From assembly GCA_012295275.1 (NCBI GenBank), contig CM022666.1, forward strand, positions 8,928,001-8,992,000: a DNA stretch of 64,000 bases. The letters are read 5' to 3'. The notes beneath the pieces were generated by a model that saw only the letters and a list, made by a program, of their open reading frames with translations, ran no database searches and was not told the origin of the DNA. Numbering within the stretch: the stretch's first letter is position 1; each line of letters begins with the position of its first letter. Both the position numbers and the translations under genes were made by a program. Below, piece by piece: positions 12,900 to 27,393 of the stretch. The stretch comes from Chrysomallon squamiferum (taxonomy: Eukaryota > Animalia > Mollusca).

Positions 12900-13556
12900 C
12901 AATTTCTACTGGTTACATCACAAATATAAATGCAAAGATTTAAATAAAACTTCTACTGCACCATTCAGTGAAGTCAATTTGTAAAATGTTTTCAGATTGG
13001 TCCGGTATCTGCTATCACTGTAAAATATTTTCTGATTGGCTCATTAACGACAATCCATTTAAATGTAAAACATTTTTGGACTGGTTTAGAAGTTTTCACC
13101 ATTCTTAAAGATAAAACCTGTTGATTTGTGTAACTGTCTGTCAAAGTAAAATGTTTTTAAACAGTTCAGTAGTGTCTTTCACTGTAAAACCTTTTCTCAC
13201 TGGTTCAGTTACTATTATTCTTTTCAAAGTAAAATATTGTCTGATTGGTTCAGTTACATCAATGTAAAACATTTTCTCACTGGTTCATTATCTGCAGTTT
13301 TAATGTAAAACATTTTCTGATTGGCTCAAAGTCAGTTTTGCATTTGAAGTAAATATTTCCTCAGTTACTACCAATCATTTCATTATAAAATGCTTTCTGT
13401 AACTAATATCTCTTTCCAGTACTGGTTCACCGACAGCCACTCATTTTCCTACAAACTATGTTTCATGGTTGGTAAGGTCTATCCATTTGTAAAACATTTT
13501 CTGACTGGCTCACTAACATCCAAATATTTCCACGTAAACCTTTTTTCACTGATCAA
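12900..13556. repeat. Degenerate ~40-45 bp minisatellite in the CDC16 3' UTR
   Basis: A recurring core GTAAAA(C/T)(A/C)TTTTCT(G/C)A(T/C)TGG(T/C)TCA occurs at about 12981, 13020, 13065, 13146, 13184, 13229, 13264, 13305, 13489 and 13534, with more decayed units between. Confidence 0.75.
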
Positions 13557-16500
13557 TAGCTTCCATCCATTTCAATCTCTTCAATGGCCATGCTGCTGTT
13601 GTCTCCAATGCTGCTAACGTCACCATCAACTTCAGTCAGTCGCAGTGGACTTTTAACACTTGTTGTGTGTGATGTCATCACAGTAGTACCATCTCCACAA
13701 CTATCTTCAGGTAACTTGTGAGCTGGAAACTGAATTTTGTCCTCACTTCTGAAATGTGGCTCACCACTGTCATCTAGAAAAAGAGAAATACGAAGAAAAA
13801 GTTATCTAAAAATAATTATTTTTTAAAAATTTGTTTTAATGGGTTTTTTATTTTTTATTATTATTTCAGAATTTTCTTGGATTTTTTAAAAATTTGTTTA
13901 ATTTGGGATTTTCATTATTTTTGTTTAATAATTTTTAATTTCCTTTTTATTTTTTGTTATATTTTGTTTATTCTTTATTTATATTTTTAAATTACTTTTT
14001 TGTATTTTACTATTACTATTACTATTTTATTTTCTTATTTACTTATTATTTTTTATGATGTTTTCTGATAACTTCTGACACACATAAATATCAGGTTATG
14101 TAAAAAAAAGAAACACACTGACTTGAAATCAAACATATACTCTGATTTAGCTGAAATTTAAAATATTCTCTTTTAATACTATAAAGAAAATAAAATTTAT
14201 TCTAAAATTACTATCACATGGTGACATTTCGGTCATGAGAGCTTCAATGACATTTCCGAGCATTGTTGTTGAGAAAGCATCATCTCTTCGTATTCCCAGG
14301 GCCTGACACAAATAAAAATAAAAATTGACATCAGCTCTAGAGAATTTATTATATTTTAAAGAAAAAAGATCATTACATAATCAAAAAAATTATATTAAAC
14401 AATTAAAAATATGAAAGAAAGTGATATATTATTAACTATTTTTATTATTTTCAAATAGAACTGTTGATGAAATAAATATCAATATAGTAAAAAATGTTAT
14501 TATTATTTCTATTTAATAAACAAATCAAAAACAGAAAACAATAATAAAATTCTGGTTTCTCCTTTTGGAGACATTTCATTTTAAAAACAAACTATCTACC
14601 TCACATACAAGAGAGTTACATTTGTACCTTATGGAAGTAATCTACTGCTTTGAAGTTATCTCCCTGTAAAGCATAGATGTAGCCAATGGCTGAATATGTA
14701 GAGGGATTCTGTGGTGAAAGTTTCTCAGCTTGTTTGTGATAGTCTAAAGCTTTGTCATATTTCCTGAAATAATAAGTACATAAAAGATGTGACAAAAAGA
14801 AATTAAAAAAAAAAAAAAAAACAGTAACAATGCATAAAATACAGGCAATTTTTTATCAACATTGTAGAATCTTTTTAAAAAAATTGGAATCAGTCAGTAA
14901 TTTATTCTACGAATGACATCAGGATCCTCAGTAAATGAAAATGTTTAACAGAGCAAAAAACATACTAGCTACTGGATATAACTTCTAATCAAAAATATTA
15001 AACCTCATTTTCTTATCACATATGTATTAAACAATATAATAAGTAACAAGCAGTAAAGGTATTAAAAATTCTATGTATAATTACTTATTTCAAAATATAC
15101 ATTAAGTCTTACCTCAATTTTCGACATACATGACCAAGATTGTTTAAAAGAGGTTCCCATTTGTCCTCCAACATATCCTTACTGACCACCTGGACCTTGT
15201 CCAGAGCCTGCAGAAAATATCTCTCTGCTTCACACCAGCTGAAAAAGATCAAACAACAGTAATGTTTTTTTTATGTTTTTAGTGAAAATAAGTTGTTAAA
15301 ATTTAACAGGCTGAAAAGATAAAGATAAATGTCTGGGTTTTTTAATTTTTTATTTCCTCATGTAAAATAAATAAGTGTTGTAATGATAGTTTCATTTGTT
15401 TTGTTTTCATTATTTGGAAGTATTCAAAAATGGTGCTTTTCTGTCATAATTTTTATATTGTTATCGTAATTCCAATTCATATTTATTTTTTATCATCTGT
15501 ATTTTTCAAAATATTTGAGTTGTAAAATACAACACCAGACATTCTGATTACTTACTCTTGATTCTGAAAAGCTATCACTCCCATCTCATGTAGAACAAAG
15601 GGATCTTCTGGTGCAATTTCCAGAGCCTGGCTGAAAAACCTCTCAGCTAACTTGAAATTATTAGTCAGTCCATATTCTAAACCTATGTACAAAACTGGTA
15701 AATGACATCTGAAAAATAAATAGTAATAAAAAGTAAAAAGTAAAAATAATAACAACAAAAACAACACATATAAAAACAAAAATAATTAAAATTAAAAAAA
15801 TAATATAAATAATAATAATAATAATAAATGCATTTTTCAACCAAGTATTTTTTTTTATTAACTTAGTTATTCTTCATGGATATTTTTTTTAATTAATCAA
15901 ATTACTTCAACTGACCCCTGCATGATCTGCGAAGCTGTGAAGTAGGCAGCCATTGCCTGGTCATGTTCATTTTCTGCAGCAAACGAATGTCCGAACGCCA
16001 GCCAGGCTGGCCCATACGCTCTGTCTAGTGTAGTTGCTTTGCTGTAAATATTTAACTTACCATTTTCATTTATATACAAAATTAAATCAAATAAAGTAAA
16101 TGTTGAAAGACTGATGCAAAAAAAGATAAAATTCAACAATTTATGCATTTGATATAAAAGAAAATTGTTACAATCACACTTAATTACAGTTTTTGATATA
16201 AGATAAATATATTGTTATCATTGTTTCTAAAAACTGCATTTTTTTAACAGAATTATTTTTTTAGTGATGTTATTTTATTAATTAAAATCAATCTCTGAAA
16301 GTGCCTAACAGATAGCTAAAAACAGTAAATATATATATACTGGCTTGTGTTCTATAATTATTTCTAACTTAACTGTAGTTATAATAATACTAACAAACAA
16401 ATATAAAAATTCAAACTGAACAGTTTTAATTACTTCTTTCTCCCAATCCTGTTAACCAAAACGAAAATTGTACATGAAAATTAACTACCATTAATTGTAA

Positions 16501-19500
16501 CAAATAACATAACCTGATGGAAATTAATAATTTTTACATGGATATCAGTTTAACAATGAGTCATGTCAGTTGAATAAAATGTGAGCAACAAACAAGTGTT
16601 TTAATTCCAGTATTAACACAAAACAAGGTGTGTCTGTTGGACATTCAATTCTGAATTCTAATCTTTAGCTTCTTACCTTAAATATCTTCTAGCTGGGTCA
16701 ATTTTACTTGTTAATAAATAATAACAGCCAACTGCAAACCATGATACCTGAAATTCAAACGCACAGAATTTATCTTACTTTCTGCATCACTCAGATGACA
16801 TTAGGGATATTATTATTATTATTATTATAAAGTTGTTGCTCTTACAGTTATCATTTAAAAAATTGTTATGTTATTATTATCACCATTGTCATGTTTATTT
16901 TGAAGTGATTACATTATTAATATCATCATTATTTTTATTATGAAGTAATTACATTATTATCATTATTATTTTTTATTATGAAGTGACTACATTACTGTTC
17001 CTAATCTTTAACTGAAGACATTTAATCAGAACAATTAAAAAGAAAAATAATAAAAGATTATTTTAATTACACAATATTTTCTTTATTTAACATTTCTCAT
17101 CTAAAAACAATTTTAACTAAGCTATTACAGTGTAACAAATAAATCTAATAAAATAATTTATGAATTTTAATGTTAAACATATCATATCACATGGAACAAA
17201 ACACTAAAATATACCTGCCAGGTATTAAACCTTTTATCTGCCTTATGAATTACCAGAAAACTGATTTTAGAAATATAATAATTTACATTCATTAAACAAT
17301 TTTATTTTTTATTTTACTCATTTAGTCAATATGCCTGAAACACGGAAAATCAAGAATTCGGGTACATCTAGTCCAAAGCTTGCAGGATAAATGGTCTGGT
17401 ACCTGTGTAATTTTTTAAATGTTTATTTTTCATTTTTATTTTTTATTTTTTATAACAGATTATAAGAAAAATATACACACGTTAGATTAAACTGAAGAGT
17501 CATAAACATTACTGACACTAATATAGACAAATAAATAAATAAATAACAATGAAATAAAGAACAGAACTGATAATAGTCAGATATAAAAATAACAACATAT
17601 CATCTAAACCTGTCTAAAGAACACTTACCGGTTTTGATGGGTATGATTCTACTAGTTTGTGAGCAAGGAAAAAGAGAGCTGTAATTAAAATTAAATCAGT
17701 TATTAATTATATGAAAAAAATGACCAAGTTATTATTTTTCAATAATCATATATGGTAAGGCAAAAATAAAAAAAATAATATGAAAAAATATTTAACTCAC
17801 AAATTTTAAAACAACAAAGATGTTTCATTAAAATGAATGATTCTTGAGGACAATATTTAAATGATAACTAGCATATAAAAATAATAACAATAAAAATTAA
17901 TAAGCAATTTAAAAGAATTAATCACAGATCTTCTCAATTATTTTAAATGTTCTGTTAGAGGTTTTTTTAAAATTTAAAAAGGTTTCGGAAATGAATGGAA
18001 AAACAAAAAGAAATTGAAAAAGAAAAGCTAAAAGATATAAATAAATGTTTACTAGAGACAAACTCACCATTTGCATTTTTAAGTTCAAACAAGACAGCAA
18101 TATGAAGAGGAAGACACTGGCTGTTGTAGGGATCTCGTGTTAACACCCTAAAATAAAAATAAACTCTTTACATTTCTCATACAAAATATAAAATGTATTC
18201 TCTCTCCTGTATCTAGTGGTTTTTAACCAACCTTGGTACGAAAATATTTTTAAAAATTATTGTATAGTAAATCATATTCTTATGAAGGTAAATAATATAG
18301 GTATACTAGAATATTTAGTAGATTTATGTGGGTTTTAGCAGTATCTATATCTTGGCTTTCAAGATACTAACACAAATAGTGTAAAATTACTGTATTTTAT
18401 ACAACTTATGTGTGTCCAATGAACCTATGCTGATTTTTACAAATCTGTGTTTTACCAGGGATAAAACTTTTAACTATTTTAATAGTATTTTGTTATTATT
18501 CAATGTCATACTTTATTATGTTAGGGATTCTGTTTTTTGCTCTTTGTCTCTTTTTTAATGATAACACAGAAAACATTCTCCAACTTGTCTAAGGACTCTT
18601 TTTATCACAAGCAGAAAAAGCACTATAATTTTTACCTTCTCATAAACAGAAAAATAGATTGACTGGACACTGGTCAGCAAAAACCATGTAACTATGACAT
18701 ATAGCCACAGAACAGGTATTTCATTTACTTATTTATTTAGTTAGTTAGTTAGTTAGTTTTTAAAACTAAAATGAAACAGAATATAAACACTAACAACAGA
18801 TGACAAACTGTTTAATAACAGTTCACTTACGATGATGTTATTTTGTAACACTCTCTGAAACCACAGTTGTAGTAGTGACGTTCAGCCAGGTTGACAATGA
18901 TATCAATGTTGTCTTGTAAAATACCCAGTGAACTTGGAACTGTTATGCTGCCTGGTTTGTTGTACTGAAGTAAAATACATACATACATGAATAATAAATT
19001 ATAAATTATTTTCATATATTTTCATATAAAAATTCATGAAAACAAACATTATTCATCTGAGATATTTAATTCCAATAAAAAATAAATAAATTAATAATAA
19101 TAATAATAATAAAACAGTAACAATGGCTTCATATAAAATGTATTCACCTTTTTCAATTTATTTTCATATAAAAATTTAACAAGTTCCATTTCATCTTCTG
19201 AGCACTGTTCTTTGAATGGCAAAGATTCTATGAGATTCCTTTCTGAAACAAAGTTTAGATCACTCAGATAAAGTATAAATTAGGTGGACTCACTTTAAAA
19301 TGATCTTCTAACTATGCCATTTGACACATCTGATCTTAAGGCCTAACACAGTCACAATGGTGTGAATGTTTTAACATTAGTATTGTCATTGCTTTTTCAG
19401 TGTTCTTAATCTCACAATGAGGTTTTTTGTTATATTGTTTATTTATTTATTTATTTATTCTGTTTCTTTTTTTTTTTCAGTGATGAGAAAGACACTGGTG

Positions 19501-22179
19501 TTAAAGTTTATATTTTTGGAGAAAACTCTTGAACACTGAATACAATAATGGTTAGGGCAAAGAACTGGATAAACAAATTACCGTAAGGTTCTGATAAGCC
19601 TGCCTTTCATAAATGAAAACATATTTTATATCAATATTTAAACATTTATTTTATATACCATGTATTTTTTCTGACACATAAATAAACAAATAAACAACCA
19701 TATTTAACATGAAACAAATTCTGAATTATTTTTAGATGACACATTATCAAAGTGTCTACTATTTATGCATTATTTCCTCAACATCTGTGATGTAATACAT
19801 AGACCATGTCTAAGTTTATACATAAAACATGTGGTTAAATATGAGACTTCATTCTTATATTACTGGGGATACAGTTATGGTTTTTGTTTTTGTTTAAACT
19901 CTCGAGTTTTTTCCCCATAAACTGTTGTTTGTTTTTGTGTAAGGGGTCATTTGTTTTTGTGTAAACTATTAACATTTTGTCGTAAAGTGTTCTTGAATAA
20001 ACTGTGGATACCTTCTTGTGATGTCATCATGTGGTGATTGACCAATAAGTCAAGAGCTTCAAAACAGTAAACATCATGTTTAAGAGCTTCACGAAAACAA
20101 ACTGTCGCCAAACTTCGATTGTCCATCGCTTCATAGATTTTACCACGTAACAAAGCTATTGAATGTTCTACCTATGAATATAAAACAAAAATATGTTATT
20201 TGTTACTGATATGAACTCAATATAACCAGACAAGTAAAAAATGGTAAAAATTTTAAAAACTAAAAACAAAAATTAAATAAAAATGAAACGGATTCTGTTG
20301 TGTGGTTTTAAATTGTACATAGAGATATAATCCAGACCAATGTCTCTAATAAATCTTTTTTAAAAACAAAAGTGAAAATAAAATTTTAAAATTATAATGA
20401 AATCTGACATTTTAACTGAAATCTCAAACTCACATTCTGATTTGGGATGTTTGTTCTTGACTCACACTCCCCAGAATTAGGAATCATGTCGCAGGTAGAT
20501 GACTGAACAGAGACGTCTAGGTTTAGTTTTCCTATCAATGACGACGCTGGTTTTGCCAAATAATCAACACGATCTAAAACATTCAGTGCTTCCTCCCACT
20601 CTTTGCATTCATACTAAAAATAAAATAAAAAATAATAACAATTTAAAAAATCATGAATTAAATATTTTTTATCATCTGTTGCAGTCATTATGATAAAAAT
20701 TATATTAATTAACCATAACCAATAAATATTCTTATTACTTCTTCTATCACTACTCAAACAAATTAATTTAATCATTCACATATAAATACTATTTAAATTG
20801 TTTACTATTTGTTTACTGATAAAAATTATTAAAATTAATTAACATCATAATAAAAGATTTTTAACTATAAAATTTTATTTAAATCAATTTATCATCATTA
20901 TATTCACTGAAAACTGATTACATTTAATTTGAATTCATGTTACATTTACTCTTTCCTTTTATAAATTATTACTTTTAATAATAAACACATCCAGATTTCC
21001 CAAGAATAATATTATACAATGTTGGCAACTAATTTTTCCAGCCAAATTTACAAAATAATTATAGTTCATATACATATGTAATTACTTTTATTTAAAATGT
21101 TTAAACAATTCTGTAGTATTTAAGAAAAATAAATTCACATTTAACCATCAAGCTATTAGCATCAGATAAAATCTGAGCAATGTCCTCTGTAATATTTTAA
21201 AACCATGAGTGGAATTTTTAATGCTTTGAGGAAAAACAGACGTATATACTGGGACCAAAACAATTGTATTCTGTTAAATAAAATGAGAAGCAACATTCTG
21301 ACACACGTGGCACCAAAATGTTGACTGCAAACACATTAAGCTGTACAATTTCAAAACAATTACATCAACATGGAGATGTACATGTTAGAAATAGTCTATT
21401 TTCCCCTTCTTAGTCACAGCCACATACAAAGCTTTACATATAAACATATGAAAAAAAGACCACATATAAGCATTATATAATTAATTATTGCTTAAACACA
21501 AAGACAAACTTACCAGACACTTGGCAGCAAGGTATCGACATTCAGCATGTGTCTAAAAAACAAATTCAACTTAAAAATAGTACATTATCATGTTTCACAA
21601 TGAACAGTGTATTTCCAAACATCATGAAAACAAATAACCTACATATACATTTTAACAAATAGAAAAACTACAAATATCAAAAATAAATCATTTTGTCAAA
21701 TCTATCAATCAGTCAGGATTTTTTTCTTAAATGTGTATGAAAGATTACTGGGATGTCACAAGGTGACAAATGGATGAAGAAGAAAAAAATATATAATAAT
21801 GGCAGTTTTCGTGAATTTCAACAGAAATTGCTTGTCTTCAAAAATAAATTTAAAAAGAAATGTTCTAGTTACTCACAACTCCCATATATTAGTAAGAAAA
21901 ACTAAATTTATATTTATGTGTGTCTTCAAAAACACCTATATTATTAGTACAACTGGTGATGTATTTGTAAGCCAAATATGTCAGTTTTTATCAATATTTT
22001 AAATCATCAAATTTTAGCATGTATTAAATATTATTATAAAAATTAAATATTCACCATATCAACTTTACGACTTCGCAGTAAGTGGACTGCACGATGATAT
22101 TGTCCTGTGTGATACAGGGTCTGTGCATACCAGTAGATGTCATCAACATTACCTGAAAAAAAAAAAAAAAAAAAAAAAA

Positions 22180-22212
<33 letters not shown>

Positions 22213-23485
22213 CATTAATAAAAAATAAATAAACCAAAATAATTAAAAATAATAATAATAATAATGTCATTAATAAAAACAAATACAACCAAATAATTAT
22301 GTCATTAACAGAACAAAATAATTATGTAATATATAACAACAAAAACAATAAAAGAACAAAATAACTGTCAAATTAAAAAAAAAAATTAACAACCAAAAAA
22401 TTATGTGATTAATAATCAAAAAGGATAGTATTAAGTATTAACCAAATATTTTCTAATAATATATATATTGTCACACATCAAGTTTTAGAGTTATTATTTC
22501 TTTCAAAATTAAAGTCAACTTCCTTTAATTAGTTAATTTAATCATACATAGAATAACAATCACATATTAAAGCCTCTGGGTTTGATAGCTAGTGGCAGCA
22601 CAAAGGAAAGATCTGGTAACCCATTATATACATTTAATCAGTATTTTTTATTTTGACATTGGCTTAACTTTAAAGTAACCAACCTTCCGATAAGGAAACG
22701 AGTTTATCTGCCCAAAACAGTGCAGTCTCATAATGATGCTGCAAACAAGAAATAACAAATATCAGTTTGTGAAGCTGTGTATGTGTGTGCAGTGAAGTTT
22801 TAATGGGAAAATGTAATAAATCATTGTCTCCTTAAAATAAATATACTCTATTGTATTTAATTACACAGTAATAGCAATAATTATGAATAATTTATATCAT
22901 CATCTTTATTTTTATATTGATTTATCAAAAAGATATATATATATTGTATATAAAGATGATCTTTTTAAACTTTTTTTTTCTGGTGGCTGTATTATCATTA
23001 TGTATAGCTAATAACAAAAAAATAAACAAACCTTTAGTAGTTTCAAATTAACATTTAAGAATTAGATTTACATTATTCTAGTTATGCAGAATTCTGAGAA
23101 GTACGGCAATTAAAATTTCATACATTAATAAAATATGTAATCATGTAACCGGTATTACACAATTAACTTTACATTATTTTTAAATGTTATCAAAGAAAAT
23201 CACGAATAATTAAACAAATACTTGCTTGTAATTGAAGTACAAATTTAGTAATTAAATTTGAAACCTTTTAAAACGAAAGTATTAACTATTACCATCAATC
23301 CCCCATCATAGTACCGAACTAGAATTCTGAAGAAAACAACAATACCTGCTCTGTATATTACAGATACAGAAATAATAATAGTGTACCTTATCGATGTAAC
23401 TTCTAACACGATCTCTTAATCTACTCAAGTTTATTTTTGATGAAATGCAATCCTCTTTAACATTTGGTTCTTCTCCGCCCGCCAT
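13553..23485 (-). CDS. CDC16: Cell division cycle protein 16 / APC6 (TPR subunit of APC/C), ~637 aa; exons 23485-23387, 22738-22684, 22152-22055, 21552-21514, 20613-20434, 20171-20012, 19242-19148, 18964-18831, 18147-18068, 17678-17629, 16747-16677, 16041-15916, 15708-15556, 15238-15113, 14763-14628, 14302-14212, 13773-13553
   Basis: The spliced frame is continuous with GT-AG introns (1914 nt). Hallmark peptides ALFWADKLVSLS, LLRGKIYEAMDNRSLA, VSWFAVGCYY, YGPAWLAFGHSFAAENEHDQAMAAYFTA, CHLPVLYIGLEYGLTNN, WEPLLNNLGHVCRKL and ALGIRRDDAFSTTML. Confidence 0.96.
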
Positions 23486-23605
23486 GATGACAGGAAGTTC
23501 CCTGGATGAAAGACTGTACCATCCCAAATGCAGTAACAATTATTTTCATTGGTTAACAGAAACACGTCTCGGATAGTTCTTTATTCATTTACTTTAGTAC
23601 ATTTT

Positions 23606-23631
23606 GATTGGCTTAGTATTGCCATGGCTAC
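23606..23631. promoter_or_regulatory. Reverse CCAAT box plus near-consensus RFX X-box in the CDC16/AKAP14 divergent promoter
   Basis: GATTGG at 23606-23611. ATTGCCATGGCTAC at 23618-23631 reads GTAGCCATGGCAAT on the reverse strand, one mismatch to GTNRCC(N0-3)RGYAAC. Confidence 0.5.
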
Positions 23632-23999
23632 ATAACTGAACAATATGGCGGTTGTTTTTATTTTGAAAAATATTTAAGAAAGTAAATACTAACAAATTAA
23701 CGATCTTCAGTGAGAAAAAAAATATATTTTTTTGATTTCGGTAATACACAGATATAAAAAGGTAAAACAAAATTATTGTTTTTAATGTATTTGGGTAATT
23801 TGTTCGATCCAATTACAACATGACAGATCGAATAATCGAAAGTTATTGGCACCTTTCTTAGTGGTGTAAAATTTATAGCAGGTTAAAAAAAATGTATGCA
23901 TAGTTTGTTTCACATTAGTGTTTATTTTTATGAAAGCGATATCAGCTAAACAATATATATATATATATTTTAATATATTTTTAGAAAAGGTTTTTAGCC

Positions 24000-26018
24000 A
24001 TGTCGAGGCAAGAATCATTCGAGGTGTTGGCGAAAAATTTAGTTGATGAAGTTATCTCTGGTGCCCTTCGTCATTTAGAGACCACCAGTTCGAAACAGAA
24101 AGAGCCAGTAGAGGTGAGAGAACCAGCTGTGATATTCGAGGATGACTATAAGATACAAAACATAAAATGGCTCACAATTGAAGAATTTTCACCAGAAGCT
24201 GCAGAAATAAAGATAAATGAATTTATTGAGGTTGGTGTTTTTTCTGCAGTAGACAAGCATAAAAGTTCTTTATTTACAGATTAATGCAGAAATTTCAGTT
24301 TTATTTTTTTTCTCAATCATTATATATAACCATAAACAAAGATTGACTAATTTTCTTCATCTTTCTCTTCTTTAAAAGTTGTAAACATATGTACATATTA
24401 TCAAAGATTAGTACAGACACATTATTTCAAAAGTATAAACAGCTAATTTAGCTAGCACCTAACTCTTTAACTGTTATATCCTCCAAATACAAAACAGTGA
24501 TGTATATTAAGAATGATAATGGCGAAATTCTCTGATGTTATACTCTTCATTGCTTAAGTGGTATTACCATTAATGAAAAAATGTTAATGATGGCAGATGG
24601 CAATATGATACTGTTTAAAACCTGGTATAATATATCACAAATTCTATTATAACTGAGGTTGAAAGCTTCAAACGGTCACTACATGCAGGGAATGATTCTT
24701 ATATCAATCACTAAAGACACTTGAGAATTAATATTACACCATTTTCTCATGTCAGACATGGGAGTACGATAACTGCTGGTTATACTGCATTGATTACCTG
24801 GGAGAGCAGAATCTAGAGTTTGACAAAAGATATATATTTCGGGTTCGATGGAGCATACCCACCCGCAGGAAACCAATACCCAGAGCAACAGCCAGTGTCT
24901 ATTTCACATTTAATGTGTCAAAAATAAAACCAAAGGTAAATATTGTTAATTTTTATTTTACTTACATGTATATGTGTGCATGTATGTGAATAAAATATTT
25001 AACATTTTCATATATATATGTGTATTCATTTATTTTAATTTGTTTATTTTATGTTATTATTTATTATTTATTTATTTATCTAGTTATTTTTATTTTTATT
25101 TTTATTTTTATATATGTTTATATAGATATATATATATATATATTATGTTTAACCTTTAAAATTATTTTTGATTGTTTTTATTTATTTTTATTTTTTTAAA
25201 GGAAGAAAGAAATCTACATCAGTGATGTTGAATGAATGAAAACAATTATAAACCAATTAATATTTATTAGAATATCTTGTTCACATTTCAAAATAATCTT
25301 ATTTTTTAAATATGATGTGTTTGTTACAGAATTTCCCCGTAGAAGTCTATTATGTCTTTGAAACCAACAGACTTGTTCACAAGTAAGTTACCAAAAAATA
25401 TAGATCAGTTTAATAATTTTTACATACATTTTTAAATATATTATTATTAGAATACCTAAGATTGTTTCCCTTGGCTCCTTTCTGACCAGTTTCTGACTCA
25501 GTGACAGTGGTGTTTATACTGTGATCTGTACACAGGAGTGATTATACAAAATCCCTTTTCTCTTACTTGTTACAGTTATCATATAGTGTTATAACAGTGA
25601 TTATTTAAACATTATTATTATTGATATCTCAAAATAGTGTCATTACTATCCAAATAAATTGCATTTATTTTAATCATTCACTTACTGATATCTAATAAAA
25701 TGCATTTAAGATCAAGCATAATTAATTTAACTACTTTTAATGATTTATTTTTGTTTTCCAACTGACTTTTTTTTTGTCAGATGTTATTAATTTACCTATT
25801 ATCATTTTTTTTTTGTTTATTGCCAACTTATTCTGTGAAACTGTCTTAATTTTTTATATTTGAAATATTTTTCTACTGACTTATTCCATGTAAATGGCTT
25901 AATGCTTTTAAATTCCTTATTCTGTTTTTTCAGACCAGGTGAATCCAGATTTCGTGAAAAATGGTTAAAAGACATTATTGAAAGCAAAGTTCACATGATG
26001 TCCACAGTGGCGTTCTGA
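24000..26018 (+). CDS. AKAP14: A-kinase anchor protein 14-like (AKAP28 family), ~182 aa; exons 24000-24230, 24756-24935, 25330-25382, 25934-26018
   Basis: N-terminal amphipathic helix LAKNLVDEVISGAL, then IKWLTIEEF, TWEYDNCWLYCIDYL, RVRWSIPTRRKPIPRATASVYF, PVEVYYVFETNRLVHKPGESRFREKWLKDIIESK. Intron phases are consistent. Confidence 0.9.
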
Positions 26019-27358
26019 GAATTCTAAAGAAGAATGAGAAACAACATAAAACGACGCCAGTTTTGTTATATATATTTACATACTACTTTTCTTTTCTTTT
26101 TACTATTGCCATTTTTCATTGCAGTGTGATATGTATAAAATATATATAATTTATTTATTGCTCATTTGCACCTGTGATAAGACTTTGAAATAAATAAGCC
26201 AGCGATCAAATATCTTTTTAAAAACATGGCTACTTTGGACAGCAATATAACAATAAGAAAGGGGGAAATGTAGGCAAATGTCAAAATCATGTACTGAAGG
26301 TATTGTTTTTTTTTTCCTTAAATGTAGATTTGAAAAGGCATGAATTGTTCTAGGCTGTGAAGTATTTTCATTATGGCATCGTCAGTAGTCAAAAGATAAA
26401 GGGTAAGAGGTGCTGATTGAGACATTAGACAATAATCACCTGAATTGTTTTAATTGTCTAAAAGGTTTTTATTGTTTCCATTCAAACGGTTGCAACCATG
26501 TTGTCCCCCTCCAATATTTTAGATCACACATTTTTGGATTGGAGGTTTTTTCTTAATTATAAAATGCACCTAGATCTGCTCCTGAGGTATTTCCATTATT
26601 TTTTCTTTTTAATGGATTTGATGTTTTAAAAATCGTTTCTTCTTATGATTAAAGTCCAGTCATTTTTAGTGTTTTTAATTCTGTGCTGGTAAAAAAGATT
26701 TTCGATGCAACAATCTGTGTATTTTTTATTTATGTTTTTTAAATAATTATTTCCAATTAAACATAAATACAAGATGATTATTAAAATAATGTGTTTTAAC
26801 TAATATGTATTTTTGAGATAATTAATTAACACTAATTGTTCTTGCATTTTGACAAATTCTGTCATACACATCAAATGAAATAAATAATTAACTGTCAGTT
26901 ATAATCAAGAATAATTTGTTTGTTGTTTTTGACAGTTTGTACTTTTATATTCTCTCTTCATCTTATCTTTTTCCTGTCTTTGTCCCTCATCTCTCTCTCT
27001 CATCCTTTACCCTGCCTCAGTTTCCCTTATCTCACTCTTTTATATCTATTCTCCTCCCTTTTCTTTCTCTCACTTTTTTCTTTCTCATCCATTTTGTCTT
27101 TTGTTCTCACTCCCCACATATCTTGCAATTTATAAATGTATCAATATCTTTGCAAAACAGTACATCAAAAATATACACATATACACATGCAGACACACAC
27201 TGTAAGATAAGGAGCAATATTCCAGTGGGAAATTAAATTGAAAAAAAGAAAAAAAATATAATAATAATAATCCAAGAAAAATCAATGAAAACCAACTATT
27301 ATGAAACAATAAAAGTTTATTACAAATGTTTAGAAATATGACAATATCACATCTATAA

Positions 27359-27393
<35 letters not shown>

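Noticed and set aside
13460-13555. TGA readthrough or selenocysteine extension of CDC16
   Set aside because: Another in-frame TGA follows within ~30 codons and I recognised no SECIS.
26570-26585. TAGATCTGCTCCTG and TAGATATGTCACTG (~59002-59015) resembling MITE TIR ends
   Set aside because: No partner inverted repeat or target-site duplication found; too short to call.
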